Source: an uncultured Candidatus Saccharibacteria bacterium
Lineage (GTDB): Bacteria > Patescibacteriota > Minisyncoccia > Phycocordibacterales > Phycocordibacteraceae
DNA: 64,000 nucleotides
Assembly: GCA_964391975.1 (NCBI GenBank)
Contig: CAYMNZ010000001.1
Span: forward strand, 132,465 to 196,464
Direction: 5' to 3'
Below the pieces are notes generated by a model. It was not told the DNA's origin and did not search any database. It saw only the letters and a program-made list of their open reading frames with translations. The position numbers and the translations under genes are program-made. Of this stretch, positions 49,337-58,828 are shown one piece after another (the first letter of the stretch is position 1; every line of letters begins with the position of its first letter).

Positions 49337-49735
49337 ATGACCTGGGAGACTCTTGAACAAGAAGTACGCGAACTCGCACAGAAAGTTGATTACAGGCCTG
49401 ACTACATTGTGGGCGTTGTGCGTGGGGGTCTCATCCCGGCGCGCCTCCTTTCTTCGTATCTTGGCATCAAAGATATGTATTGCCTCACGGTTAAAAAGAC
49501 CGAAGAGGGACGAATGGTAACGACGGAGATTTCTGCAGACCTTGCTGGCAAAAAAGTCTTGCTAGTTGAAGACATGCTTGAGACAGGGAAGAGCCTCGTG
49601 GTGGCGAAAGAGTATCTTGAAAGCAAGGGGGCAGAAGTAAAAAGCGCTTGTCTTTACACCATGCCAATTTCAGAGGTCACTCCCGATTTCTCACTACGCC
49701 AAGTGGAGGAAGTGGCTACGTTCCCTTGGGAATAG
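49337..49735 (+). CDS. Purine phosphoribosyltransferase (Gpt/XPRT-like)
   Basis: VLLVEDMLETGKS PRPP-binding motif; 132 aa. Confidence 0.7.
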   Translation: MTWETLEQEVRELAQKVDYRPDYIVGVVRGGLIPARLLSSYLGIKDMYCLTVKKTEEGRMVTTEISADLAGKKVLLVEDMLETGKSLVVAKEYLESKGAEVKSACLYTMPISEVTPDFSLRQVEEVATFPWE

Positions 49736-49759
49736 GGTTTCAATTAAACCAGCGACAGC

Positions 49760-51016
49760 TTAGGTGCCACCCTCCCAGGCAGAAAGGTATTTCTTCTGCT
49801 CCTCCGTAAGCTGCTCGAGCGAGAGGCCCATGGCGGTCAACTTGAGTGCTGCAACGTAGTTCTCGAGTTCCTCAGGAACATCATAGACAGCGGCTGAAAG
49901 AGGGGTTGGCTGTGTTGCCATCCACGCGCAGGCAAGCGCCTGGGTTGAGAAGCTCATGTCCATGACGGAAGCAGGATGTCCCTCAGCTGCTGCGAGGTTA
50001 ACCAGCCTTCCATCAGCGAGGAGGTTGATGCGGTTTCCACCAAGCAGGTACTCATCAACTGACGAGCGCACGTTCATGCGAACAGAAGACGCTTCCTTCT
50101 TAAGGGTTGCGACATCTATCTCCACATCGAAGTGTCCGGTGTTGCAGACAATCGCGCCGTCTTTCATCTTCCTGAGGTGCTCAATGCGGATGACATGGAT
50201 GTTGCCGGTTGCGGTGCAGAAGATATCACCTACCGGAGCGGCCTCTTCCATGGTTGCGACGCGGAAGCCATCCATTGAAGCCTCAAGCGCCTTGATAGGG
50301 TCTATTTCGGTGACGATGACCTGTGCGCCCATACCGCGTGCGCGCATAGCAAGCCCACGCCCACACCAACCATAGCCAGCGACGACAAACACCTTGCCGG
50401 CAAGGAGAATATCAGTTGCGCGAATGATGCCGTCGAGCGTGGACTGTCCAGTGCCGTAGCGGTTATCAAAAAGGTTCTTGGTCTTCGCATCGTTGACTGC
50501 AACGATAGGGAACTTGAGTGCACCGTCCTTACTCATGGCGCGCAGGCGTATGACACCCGTAGTTGTCTCTTCTGTTCCTCCCACAATTGAGGGAAGAAGG
50601 TCAGGGTGTTCCTTATGAATGGTTGAGACGAGGTCGGCGCCGTCATCCATGGTGAGGTGCGGCTTGGCGGCAATAACGCTCTTGAGGTGTTTGAAAAAGG
50701 TATCGCGGTCTTCTCCTTTCTTTGCGAAGACTGGAATGCCATGGTCAATGACAAGTGTCGCAGCGATATCGTCCTGGGTGGAGAGGGGATTGGATGCACA
50801 GAGAATGACGTTAGCGCCACCTTCCTTAAGGGTACGCATCAGGTTTCCAGTCTCGGCCGTCACATGGAGGCATGCTCCTACGGTCATGCCCTTCAAAGGC
50901 TGCTCCTTCTTGAACTTCTCGCGAACAGCCCGAAGCACTGGCATGTCGTTATCAGCCCAGGCGAGGCGCTTGGCACCCTCAGGAGCGAGGTTCTTGTCAG
51001 TAATGTCGTAGTCCAT
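49760..51016 (-). CDS. ahcY: Adenosylhomocysteinase
   Basis: N-terminal substrate domain ([23 protein letters not shown]), NAD-binding GYGWCGRG; 418 aa. Confidence 0.9.
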   Translation of the reverse strand: MDYDITDKNLAPEGAKRLAWADNDMPVLRAVREKFKKEQPLKGMTVGACLHVTAETGNLMRTLKEGGANVILCASNPLSTQDDIAATLVIDHGIPVFAKKGEDRDTFFKHLKSVIAAKPHLTMDDGADLVSTIHKEHPDLLPSIVGGTEETTTGVIRLRAMSKDGALKFPIVAVNDAKTKNLFDNRYGTGQSTLDGIIRATDILLAGKVFVVAGYGWCGRGLAMRARGMGAQVIVTEIDPIKALEASMDGFRVATMEEAAPVGDIFCTATGNIHVIRIEHLRKMKDGAIVCNTGHFDVEIDVATLKKEASSVRMNVRSSVDEYLLGGNRINLLADGRLVNLAAAEGHPASVMDMSFSTQALACAWMATQPTPLSAAVYDVPEELENYVAALKLTAMGLSLEQLTEEQKKYLSAWEGGT

Positions 51017-51018
51017 GG

Positions 51019-51957
51019 TCAGAGCGGGAAAGGTGATTGGTAAGTGGATTCGTAACGTGCGGTCAGCTCATCAAGCGTGAAGCGGTGGTTTTGCGTACCA
51101 TAGCACTCCACTGCATAGGTGGCTACCGTGCTCGCAAGACGCAACGACTCTTCAAGTGAAATGCCTGAGGAGAGTCCGTGAAGGAGGCCTGCGCGGAATG
51201 CATCTCCTGCGCCGGTGGGGTCAACTACCTCATTTGCAGGAACGGCCGGAACGGTGAGCTCATCGTTTCCTGTACGCACACGAGAACCCTGCTCGCCAAG
51301 CGTGACGATAAGTGTTTGGCACGCATCAATGATGTCTTGCTCGCTCCATCCGGTCTTCTCGAGTACAAGCGCGAGTTCGTAGTCATTAACGATAAGTCCC
51401 AGAGCTCCTGTAATAGCGCTCCTCAAATCTTCTCCGGAGAGCATGGGAATCTGCTGGCCGGGGTCAAAGAGATAGGGAACACCAGCTTCCCGGAAGCGTT
51501 CAGGGAAACGGCGCATGTCTTCGATTCCCGTAGGAGAAACAATGGCGAGCGAGGCTCGTGCGGTTTCAAACGGAAGCGTGTAGCCCTGCTCGTCAGCTCC
51601 GGCAGAGAAGGCAGTAATTTGGTTGTCTGCTTTATCGGTAGTGATGTAACAGGACGCAGTAGGGAGGTCATTGATGATTTCAATGCCGGTAGTTGCAATG
51701 CCATTTTCTTTCAGGTGTTCTTCGTAGTCGGCAAAATCATTACCTGCGGTTGCAAGAATCTCTGGAGAACCGCCGAGAAGTGCGAGGCTGTACCCGATGT
51801 TGCCTGCGCATCCGCCGAACACTATTTTAGGAGTAGAGACCGAGAATGAGACGTTGATGTTATGGAGCCCTTCCGGTAAGAAATGCTCCTTGAAAAGGCC
51901 AGGGAAGACCATGATGCGGTCGTAGGCAAGAGATCCAATGAGAAGGATGCGGTTCAT
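51019..51957 (-). CDS. PfkB-family carbohydrate/nucleoside kinase (adenosine-kinase-like)
   Basis: [15 protein letters not shown] and [14 protein letters not shown] PfkB motifs; translationally coupled to ahcY. Confidence 0.8.
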   Translation of the reverse strand: MNRILLIGSLAYDRIMVFPGLFKEHFLPEGLHNINVSFSVSTPKIVFGGCAGNIGYSLALLGGSPEILATAGNDFADYEEHLKENGIATTGIEIINDLPTASCYITTDKADNQITAFSAGADEQGYTLPFETARASLAIVSPTGIEDMRRFPERFREAGVPYLFDPGQQIPMLSGEDLRSAITGALGLIVNDYELALVLEKTGWSEQDIIDACQTLIVTLGEQGSRVRTGNDELTVPAVPANEVVDPTGAGDAFRAGLLHGLSSGISLEESLRLASTVATYAVECYGTQNHRFTLDELTARYESTYQSPFPL

Positions 51958-52781
51958 GACGTGAGGTCCTTGGTCATCTCGATACCGAGGAGAAAGGAAG
52001 GTCGCACGCCGTAGCGCATGCGCAACACCTTGAATTTCGACATAATCGCAAGATCCGGGTCTCCGACAAGGTGGTCGGGCATGAGGGTGTAGTTGCTAGC
52101 CTTGTCTCCGGCGAACTTCGCTTTGTCGATAATCACATCATCGCGCTCAAGCTCGTCCATCGCCTGGCCGTTCTCATCAAGCAGAATGAGCTTCACGCGC
52201 AGAAAGGAAGGGAGCTCGCCCCGCTCCTTGTACGCCGCCTGGTTTGCGGGGTCGTTCGACTCGTCCTGGAAGCGGTCCCAGGTCTCCCTGTCCGCGTCCG
52301 AGATTTCATACCCGTTGGTGAGGCCGAGCTTGATGACGGATGGCATGGAGGCACGCAGGTGCATGACATGCGGGACGGTGTCGGGATTGCGCGCGTGGAG
52401 TGCATGCGCGTAGTTTTCGGCAGTCGCGAGCAGGAAGCTGCCTACACCTTTTTTTCGTGTACCGAAGACAAAGCGGTGATAGACGTACCACATACCCTTC
52501 TGTGGGTCCATCGAAAGTTCCGCGACCTTCTCTCCCGTCGCGGTGTCGGTGAAGGTCAGGTAGCCATCCGTGGCACCACGCTCGGGCACGAAATGACTCT
52601 TCCATTCGCACTCTACTTGCCCGGGAGCGAAGCTCGGGAGGTCTATCTTCTCTTTCCACTCGAAGGAGAACTCGGATTGCTCCAACCGTTTCTGTCCTGC
52701 CTCGGAGAGGAGGGCACCAGGGACAGGAGGAGCGGGAGGGCTTTCTGCAGGGCTCATACGCGCATAGTACCAGTTGTGCAA
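51954..52781 (-). CDS. Hypothetical protein (weak GNAT-like motif), first gene of the kinase–ahcY operon
   Basis: 275 aa; RKKGVGSFLL resembles acetyl-CoA-binding motif A; stop overlaps kinase start (ATGA). Confidence 0.45.
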   Translation of the reverse strand: MHNWYYARMSPAESPPAPPVPGALLSEAGQKRLEQSEFSFEWKEKIDLPSFAPGQVECEWKSHFVPERGATDGYLTFTDTATGEKVAELSMDPQKGMWYVYHRFVFGTRKKGVGSFLLATAENYAHALHARNPDTVPHVMHLRASMPSVIKLGLTNGYEISDADRETWDRFQDESNDPANQAAYKERGELPSFLRVKLILLDENGQAMDELERDDVIIDKAKFAGDKASNYTLMPDHLVGDPDLAIMSKFKVLRMRYGVRPSFLLGIEMTKDLTS

Positions 52782-52842
52782 TCTTCACTCTAGCCTAAGG
52801 GATGAGGTGTACTATTTATAGGTACCCCCTAACCAGCTATCC

Positions 52843-53283
52843 ATGACTCTTCCATTCCTTACCCGTCCGTATGAACGTTGGGCACCTGTCGTCGGTCGCG
52901 TGCTGTTCGGTCTCTTATTCCTCAATGGTGCATTCTGGAAAATCCCTGGCACCGATATGTTTGCCATGCAGGTAGCGGGTGCTGAGGCGGTTGGCATCCC
53001 ATTTGCAACGGTGGCAGTGACTCTCGCCTTTATTCTTGAACTTGTCGCGGGAATCATGCTCGTCGTTGGATGGAATACCCGCTTGGCGGCATTCGCACTC
53101 ATCCTCTTCGTTATTCTCATTGCCGCCTTCTACGGAAGGAATCTTGCTGACATGCAGCAGATGACCACCTTCTTCACCTGCCTCCAGATTATCGCGGGCC
53201 TTCTTTACGTTTCCACGTATGGTGCGCAGCGCGCAGCAATTGCTACCTGCCCGCTGCCGGACGGACTGACAAAGTCAGTGTGA
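52843..53283 (+). CDS. DoxX family membrane protein
   Basis: 4 TM helices; RVLFGLLFLNGAFWKI DoxX motif. Confidence 0.75.
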   Translation: MTLPFLTRPYERWAPVVGRVLFGLLFLNGAFWKIPGTDMFAMQVAGAEAVGIPFATVAVTLAFILELVAGIMLVVGWNTRLAAFALILFVILIAAFYGRNLADMQQMTTFFTCLQIIAGLLYVSTYGAQRAAIATCPLPDGLTKSV

Positions 53284-53996
53284 AGCAGGTAACAATCCTA
53301 AGCCAAGGGCAACAGATGGAAGGCACGCTCTGCGTGCCTTCCGGCGGACAGGGACCATATCCGGGGGTCGTTCTTTTTCACGGCATGACCGGCAGCCAGA
53401 AAAAATACGTTCCCTTTGCAGAGGCCTTAGCTGATAACGGTATTGTGGGTCTTGCAGTAAGTATCAGAGGTCATGGCGGAAGTGAGAGGACCTTAGATAC
53501 CACCACTCCGGCGGAAGGGTATGCAGACGCGCTTGCGGCCTATGACTTCCTTGCAGAGCAGGGTGAGGTGGACTCGGGAAGAATTGGGTTATTCGGAAGC
53601 AGTTTCGGCGGTATGTTGAGTGCGCTCATTGCAAAAGACCGTGCGACTAAGAGCATTCTACTTCGTGTCCCTGCTGCGTATACCGAAGACATGATGCGTA
53701 TGACGTACCAGCAGACCATGGATAGTGAATCTAATATGTTTTTCAACATAGAAGATATTTCAGCGTGTCCCGCTCTCAGGTCTCTTCAGGGATATACCGG
53801 AAGCTTGCTCGTCATAGCGGCAGAGAAGGATGCCATCATCCCGCTGAGGATTCCCGAAGCGTATGTTTCCAGCGCAGCGTCCGCTGTTAAGAAAGAATTG
53901 CAGGTAGATGCTGGAGCGCTACACCCTCTGACTGACGAAAGATCACTTCAAGACCTATGTGCTCGCATGGTCGGGTGGTTTAGGGAAACGTTGTAA
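53280..53996 (+). CDS. Alpha/beta hydrolase (dienelactone-hydrolase-like)
   Basis: GVVLFHGMTG and GSSFGG (GxSxG). Confidence 0.7.
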   Translation: MKQVTILSQGQQMEGTLCVPSGGQGPYPGVVLFHGMTGSQKKYVPFAEALADNGIVGLAVSIRGHGGSERTLDTTTPAEGYADALAAYDFLAEQGEVDSGRIGLFGSSFGGMLSALIAKDRATKSILLRVPAAYTEDMMRMTYQQTMDSESNMFFNIEDISACPALRSLQGYTGSLLVIAAEKDAIIPLRIPEAYVSSAASAVKKELQVDAGALHPLTDERSLQDLCARMVGWFRETL

Positions 53997-54040
53997 TCTC
54001 AGTAAGAGGGAGAATGTGAGGGGCTTGGTATAGTACATTC

Positions 54041-54412
54041 ATGATTAAAGAAAAAAGTCTTGCAGCCTTTTACAAGGCATTGCCGAAAACACATGCGCCC
54101 GCGCTGAAGAAACTACGCGCACAGATAAAGAAGCTCTATCCCACCGCCGTCGAGCAAATCAGCTACGGCATGCCGCTCTTCAAGCTTGATGGTAAGCCGC
54201 TCGGTGGCGTACAGGCTGCTAAGAATCATTCGGCAATCTTTGTGTGGAGTGGCACCGCCCTGCGACCGCTAAAAAAGATGCTTGCTGGTTACGACACCTC
54301 CACAGGCACTGTGCGCTTTCCTCCTCAGAAGCCCCCTCCTCTTAAAGTGGTCAAAGCAATCCTCGCTTCCCGGGAGAAAGAAATTCGGAAGGCTCTGGGC
54401 ACGAAAAAATAA
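54041..54412 (+). CDS. DUF1801 (YdhG-like) domain protein
   Basis: ISYGMPLFKLDGKPLGGVQAAKNHSAIF characteristic of DUF1801. Confidence 0.6.
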   Translation: MIKEKSLAAFYKALPKTHAPALKKLRAQIKKLYPTAVEQISYGMPLFKLDGKPLGGVQAAKNHSAIFVWSGTALRPLKKMLAGYDTSTGTVRFPPQKPPPLKVVKAILASREKEIRKALGTKK

Positions 54413-54414
54413 CT

Positions 54415-54489
54415 TGGTGACCCCACGGGGAATCGAACCCCGATTTACGCCGTGAAAGGGCGCTGTCCTAACCGTTAGACGATAGGGCC
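54415..54489 (-). tRNA. tRNA-Glu (anticodon TTC), CCA encoded
   Basis: Reverse strand: GGCCCTA acceptor (two G-U pairs), anticodon arm GCGCC-CTTTCAC-GGCGT nearly identical to E. coli tRNA-Glu, T-arm CGGGG-TTCGATT-CCCCG. Confidence 0.75.
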
Positions 54490-54547
54490 TTTTGCTGCCT
54501 GGCTATCCTAGCATTTTGACCCCCTAGAATGCTAGGATGCGCCTTAC

Positions 54548-54634
54548 GGAGAGGTGGCTGAGTGGTCGAAGGCGCCGCACTCGAAATGCGGTGTAGGGGA
54601 AACCTTACCGTGGGTTCGAATCCCACCCTCTCCG
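54548..54634 (+). tRNA. tRNA-Ser (anticodon CGA)
   Basis: GGAGAGG acceptor, anticodon arm CCGCA-CTCGAAA-TGCGG, long variable arm, T-arm GTGGG-TTCGAAT-CCCAC; no encoded CCA. Confidence 0.8.
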
Positions 54635-54743
54635 CTCTGGTAAGATAGGGAAATGAGCACCAAAGCTCTTCTACTCCTCTCAATTGTGCTCGGGCTTATC
54701 ATCATCGCGCTCATCGTCGCGCATTTCGTCGTACCTCTCTAGT

Positions 54744-56222
54744 ATGGAAGGCCACCAGGAACTAAAAGCATACATACGGGACCGGCTTGCTGCGGGGGCG
54801 TCGCGTGCCGTTATCGAACAGGAACTCCTCAACGTTGGATGGAAACCGGAGATAGTCCGGGCAGTACTTCGACCCAAACGTAACCTCCGCAAGCCCCTTC
54901 TTATCGCTGCGGGAGTACTGTTCCTTGTCGTCGCTAGTACGGTTTTGGCAGTCTGGGGACCCACTACCCAAGGCGCACGCCTTCCGATTCCTGCGGAGTG
55001 GACGCAACCACCACTCTCGCACGGAGAAGAGCCCGCGCTCGCGAACCCTGAGTTCTTTGCGAAGGTGAAGCAGGACTTCATCGACAAGAAGTCTGACCTC
55101 ATCGAGGCCGACCTCTCAACGATGACACTTAACGTTTATAAAGCAGGGGAGTTGGCGCTCACCGTTCCTATTAAAACTAAGGGACGTGAAGGCTCATGGT
55201 GGGAGACCCCCGCTGGGCTCTATTCAATACAAACAAAAGAGGATTCACACTTCTCAAGTTTTGGCCGTGTCTACCAACCCTACTCCATGGCCTTCCAAGG
55301 AAACTTTTTCATTCATGGCTGGCCGTATTATCCAGGCGGGGAACCGGTAGCAAGTACGTATTCAGGCGGATGCATCAGGCTTGCTGACGAAGACGCGAAA
55401 AAGGTCTTCGATATGGTAGATGTGGGCACCCCGGTGCTCGTCTTTGAGCACGATTTCTCCTCTGACCAATTCTCTTACGCAGACCTCAACAAAGACTCCC
55501 TTTCTGCCGGCAGCTATCTTGCAGCAGATATCCGCAACAACGAAGTCTTTTTCTCAAAGAGTCCAAAGAAACAAGTGCCCATCGCTTCCATCACGAAGCT
55601 CATGACGGCGCTTATTGCGACTGAATATCTCAACCTCGACACCGTTACGACGGTGCCGCGCGAAGCTATCGTCTACACCTCGCTCCCACGTCTGCGAGCC
55701 GGACAAGAAATAAGCATCTACCAGCTTCTCTTCCCGCTCTTGACTGAATCCTCAAACGAAGCCGCTGAGACTATTGCGCGCCACTATGGTCGTGACAGCT
55801 TCGTCGCCCATATGAATGAGAAGGCCAAAGCTATCGGCATGACCGACACCACGTTCGTTGACCCCTCTGGCGCTTCAGCAGAGAACGTCTCGACGGCAGA
55901 AGATCTCTTCATGCTCGCCAAGTACGTCTACAACAACCGTAGTTTCGTTTTCAACATCACCTCCGGAGACCTGAAGGGGAGTGCGTATGGCGCGAGCGTC
56001 TTCACGGACCTCAGGAACCTCAACCACCTCATCACCAGCAAGTACTTCATCGGAGGCAAGGTAGGCCAGACGCTGGCTGCAAAGGAAACTGACCTTATAG
56101 TTCTTGAGATTCCTATTGGTTCAACGACGCGCCCTATTGTTCTTGTGGTACTCGGCTCGGAGGATTCAGAGTCAGATTCTCAAGCGTTGCTTGACCGCGT
56201 GCTCGACCGCTACGCGAGGTAG
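54744..56222 (+). CDS. Fusion protein: L,D-transpeptidase (YkuD) domain + serine D,D-carboxypeptidase (S11/PBP5-like) domain
   Basis: N-terminal TM; YkuD catalytic HGWPYYPGG...SGGCIRL; then SITKLM (SxxK), SSNEAA (SxN), GGKVGQT (KTG-like). Confidence 0.7.
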   Translation: MEGHQELKAYIRDRLAAGASRAVIEQELLNVGWKPEIVRAVLRPKRNLRKPLLIAAGVLFLVVASTVLAVWGPTTQGARLPIPAEWTQPPLSHGEEPALANPEFFAKVKQDFIDKKSDLIEADLSTMTLNVYKAGELALTVPIKTKGREGSWWETPAGLYSIQTKEDSHFSSFGRVYQPYSMAFQGNFFIHGWPYYPGGEPVASTYSGGCIRLADEDAKKVFDMVDVGTPVLVFEHDFSSDQFSYADLNKDSLSAGSYLAADIRNNEVFFSKSPKKQVPIASITKLMTALIATEYLNLDTVTTVPREAIVYTSLPRLRAGQEISIYQLLFPLLTESSNEAAETIARHYGRDSFVAHMNEKAKAIGMTDTTFVDPSGASAENVSTAEDLFMLAKYVYNNRSFVFNITSGDLKGSAYGASVFTDLRNLNHLITSKYFIGGKVGQTLAAKETDLIVLEIPIGSTTRPIVLVVLGSEDSESDSQALLDRVLDRYAR

Positions 56223-56242
56223 CGCGTGCTAGCATAGCTTCC

Positions 56243-57106
56243 ATGATCGCAACTGGTGTCCTCCTTGCACTTCTCGCTCTGGTTGGTTGGGGAGTAGGGG
56301 ATTTCCTCATTCAGCGCACTACGAGGCTCGTCGGAAGTGCTAAGGCACTGTTTTTCATAGGACTTGTTGGCTTCCTCGCTCTCTCACCCTTTGTCCTCCC
56401 AGACCTTGGGCAGATTTCCTTTGCTGATATTGCGCTTCTCTCTGTCCTCTCGATTATCGTGATGGCAGGAGCGGCCTTCGACTTCGAGGCACTGCGGCAA
56501 GGAAAGATTGCGGTGGTTGAGCCAGTGGTGGGTCTCGAACTTCCAATGGCGGTAGGCATCAGCGTTCTCTTTATCGGTGAATCCCTTGGGACCACTCAAT
56601 TCCTCTTCATGCTCCTGGTGTTCGCTGGCACCGTGCTCGTGGTGATGCGAAGCTTCCACCACGTGTCACTTCGTCTTCTTGAGAAAGGCGTGTGGCTCGC
56701 CTTCGCTGCGGCAATTGGCACCGCGCTGACTTCAGTGCTTATTGGTGTATCGAGCCAGGCAATCTCACCACTTGTTGCTGTGTGGTTCTCGCATGGCGCG
56801 CTCGCGCTTGTTGCCTTCCTCGTCATCCTTCGTGATGGCACGCTCCACACCACCTGGAAGCAAATCAAGAAGCATCCGGTTACCATCGCTGCACACAGTA
56901 TCTCTGACAACGTCGCGTGGGTGGCGTTTGCAACTGCAGTGACCTTCGTGCCGATTTCGGTGGCTAACACCATCAGCGGAGGATATATCGCGCTTGCCGT
57001 GCTGCTCGGCCTCTTCCTTAATAAGGAGAAGGTGAAGCCCCATCAGCTGCTCGGTATCTTTTTGGTGGCCATAGGCGTCATAGCCCTCTCGTATTTCTAC
57101 GGATGA
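56243..57106 (+). CDS. DMT/EamA family transporter
   Basis: 10-TM two-repeat protein. Confidence 0.7.
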   Translation: MIATGVLLALLALVGWGVGDFLIQRTTRLVGSAKALFFIGLVGFLALSPFVLPDLGQISFADIALLSVLSIIVMAGAAFDFEALRQGKIAVVEPVVGLELPMAVGISVLFIGESLGTTQFLFMLLVFAGTVLVVMRSFHHVSLRLLEKGVWLAFAAAIGTALTSVLIGVSSQAISPLVAVWFSHGALALVAFLVILRDGTLHTTWKQIKKHPVTIAAHSISDNVAWVAFATAVTFVPISVANTISGGYIALAVLLGLFLNKEKVKPHQLLGIFLVAIGVIALSYFYG

Positions 57107-57137
57107 TGCAGAAGGACGGAACGGGTATACTAGCCTG

Positions 57138-58328
57138 ATGAAACCAGCGGATTGCGAGGAGTGTGGCGGAGACGGTATCTACCACCGCCTGACCTATATC
57201 ACGGTGGCGCTTGATGACCTCCTGCGCCCCTTCTTCACCCCTAATGCCTTCCTGAAGCCGATTACTTCCTGGATGTATGCGGTGGAGAAGGATCTCACCC
57301 CAAAACTCCTCAATTGGTTCGTGAAGCGCGGTTGGGCGAAGAAGGTTACTGACTGGGACGATGAGACCCCGCTTTTGGCTCGCATGCTCTGGGAGGAGGG
57401 AAAGGCGCGGGGGATAGAAATCTGGGAGTTCCGTCTCTTCGGGCTGGCACGCAATATTTACGTCGCGAAGCTTACAGACGGCACTGAGATAGCGTATGAA
57501 GGCATCCCGCTGCCGCCGGCCGGACTCACACAAGCATGGTGGCTCGACAACAAAGGCATACTCAAGAAGAAATTTCGTGAGCTCGGTATTCCAGTAGCAA
57601 AAGGTGCAGCTGCATTCACCCGTACGCAAGCAAAGGAGCTCTACAACAAACTTTCAGCTCCCGTCATAGCCAAGCCACACTCAGGCTCAGCCTCTCGCCA
57701 CACTACACTCCACATCACTGACGAACGTGACCTCATTCGCGGGTTTGAGATAGCGAAAGAAGTCGCTCCCTTTGCGGTCATCGAAGAGGAGCTTGTGGGA
57801 GGTGTTTACCGCGCAACCGTGGTCAACGGGAAGCTTGCAGCAACGCTTAGGCGCGACCAGCCGCATGTGATAGGCGACGGGAAGTCGAGTGTCCGGAAGC
57901 TTATGCTCAAGGCCAACGAGCACCCTGCTCGCCAAGGACCCTTCTTCCACCGCATGTACGTCACCACCCCAACGGCATTCCGTGAACTTGAGTGGCAGGG
58001 GCACCAACTCTCTGATATCCCTAAGAAAGGGGAGCGGGTCATCCTCCACCCGAAAATTAACTGGAGCGTGGGCGGCACCACCACCGATGTTACGGACGAA
58101 GTGCATCCGGACAACCAGGAACTCTTTGAGCGCATTGCAAAGGTGCTCGCCGCTCCGGTGGTCGGCATTGATTTCATTATTGGAGATATGAACCAGTCCT
58201 GGAAGGAACAGGACCGCTGCGGCGTCATTGAGTGCAACTCAATGCCATTCTTTGATAACCATCACCTGCCGTTTGAGGGGAAGCCTCGAAACGTAGCGGG
58301 GGATATTTGGGAGATGGTACTTAAGTAG
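57138..58328 (+). CDS. Stand-alone ATP-grasp enzyme, cyanophycin-synthetase-like
   Basis: ATP-grasp core (PVIAKPHSGSASRHT, GGTTTDVTDEVHPDN..VGIDFIIGD resembling CphA N-terminal ATP-grasp); N-terminal CEECGG. Confidence 0.6.
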   Translation: MKPADCEECGGDGIYHRLTYITVALDDLLRPFFTPNAFLKPITSWMYAVEKDLTPKLLNWFVKRGWAKKVTDWDDETPLLARMLWEEGKARGIEIWEFRLFGLARNIYVAKLTDGTEIAYEGIPLPPAGLTQAWWLDNKGILKKKFRELGIPVAKGAAAFTRTQAKELYNKLSAPVIAKPHSGSASRHTTLHITDERDLIRGFEIAKEVAPFAVIEEELVGGVYRATVVNGKLAATLRRDQPHVIGDGKSSVRKLMLKANEHPARQGPFFHRMYVTTPTAFRELEWQGHQLSDIPKKGERVILHPKINWSVGGTTTDVTDEVHPDNQELFERIAKVLAAPVVGIDFIIGDMNQSWKEQDRCGVIECNSMPFFDNHHLPFEGKPRNVAGDIWEMVLK

Positions 58329-58330
58329 AT

Positions 58331-58828
58331 ATGGACAACCCGGACAAGAAATTCGGAAGGTTTCCTTTCTTCAAGTCCAAAGAAGCGCGTCTCACGGAAA
58401 AGCTCGAGCGCTCCTTTAACCGTATCAACCTGCAGTATCAGCGAGTGAAGGCGCATCATGCAAACTTTCTCGTTAACACCGACTATGACGGCGTACGCGA
58501 GGAACTCCTAAACCGCGCTGGTACGTTTACCAGTGAGTCAGATGAACTTCTAAACCGGGAAGGAAAAGAATTCATCGCTGACATCCATCAGCGTGTACAT
58601 GAAGTAGATACCTACCAAGGAGACATAGAACGGCACATGGTCTCCGTCCTCCTCCTTTTGCGTATCCCACCCGAGTATATGCAGAACCCAGATGCGCTCA
58701 TGCAGGAGTATCCGCTGCTGGGACACTACTATCGTGCTATGCAGTCACTCGTTACCGCATGCGAAGCTTTCATCGCTGAGTACGACCAGGTATTCCCAGG
58801 GCGCACTGAGAGACCTACCGAGCCTTAA
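58331..58828 (+). CDS. Hypothetical protein translationally coupled to the ATP-grasp gene
   Basis: 165-aa ORF starting 3 nt after the ATP-grasp stop; no recognisable domain. Confidence 0.4.
   Translation: MDNPDKKFGRFPFFKSKEARLTEKLERSFNRINLQYQRVKAHHANFLVNTDYDGVREELLNRAGTFTSESDELLNREGKEFIADIHQRVHEVDTYQGDIERHMVSVLLLLRIPPEYMQNPDALMQEYPLLGHYYRAMQSLVTACEAFIAEYDQVFPGRTERPTEP

Noticed and set aside
52782-52842. Possible SAH riboswitch upstream of the kinase–ahcY operon
   Set aside because: The gap is only ~60 nt, and no SAH-riboswitch-like conserved pseudoknot sequence was recognisable by eye. This would need a covariance-model scan.
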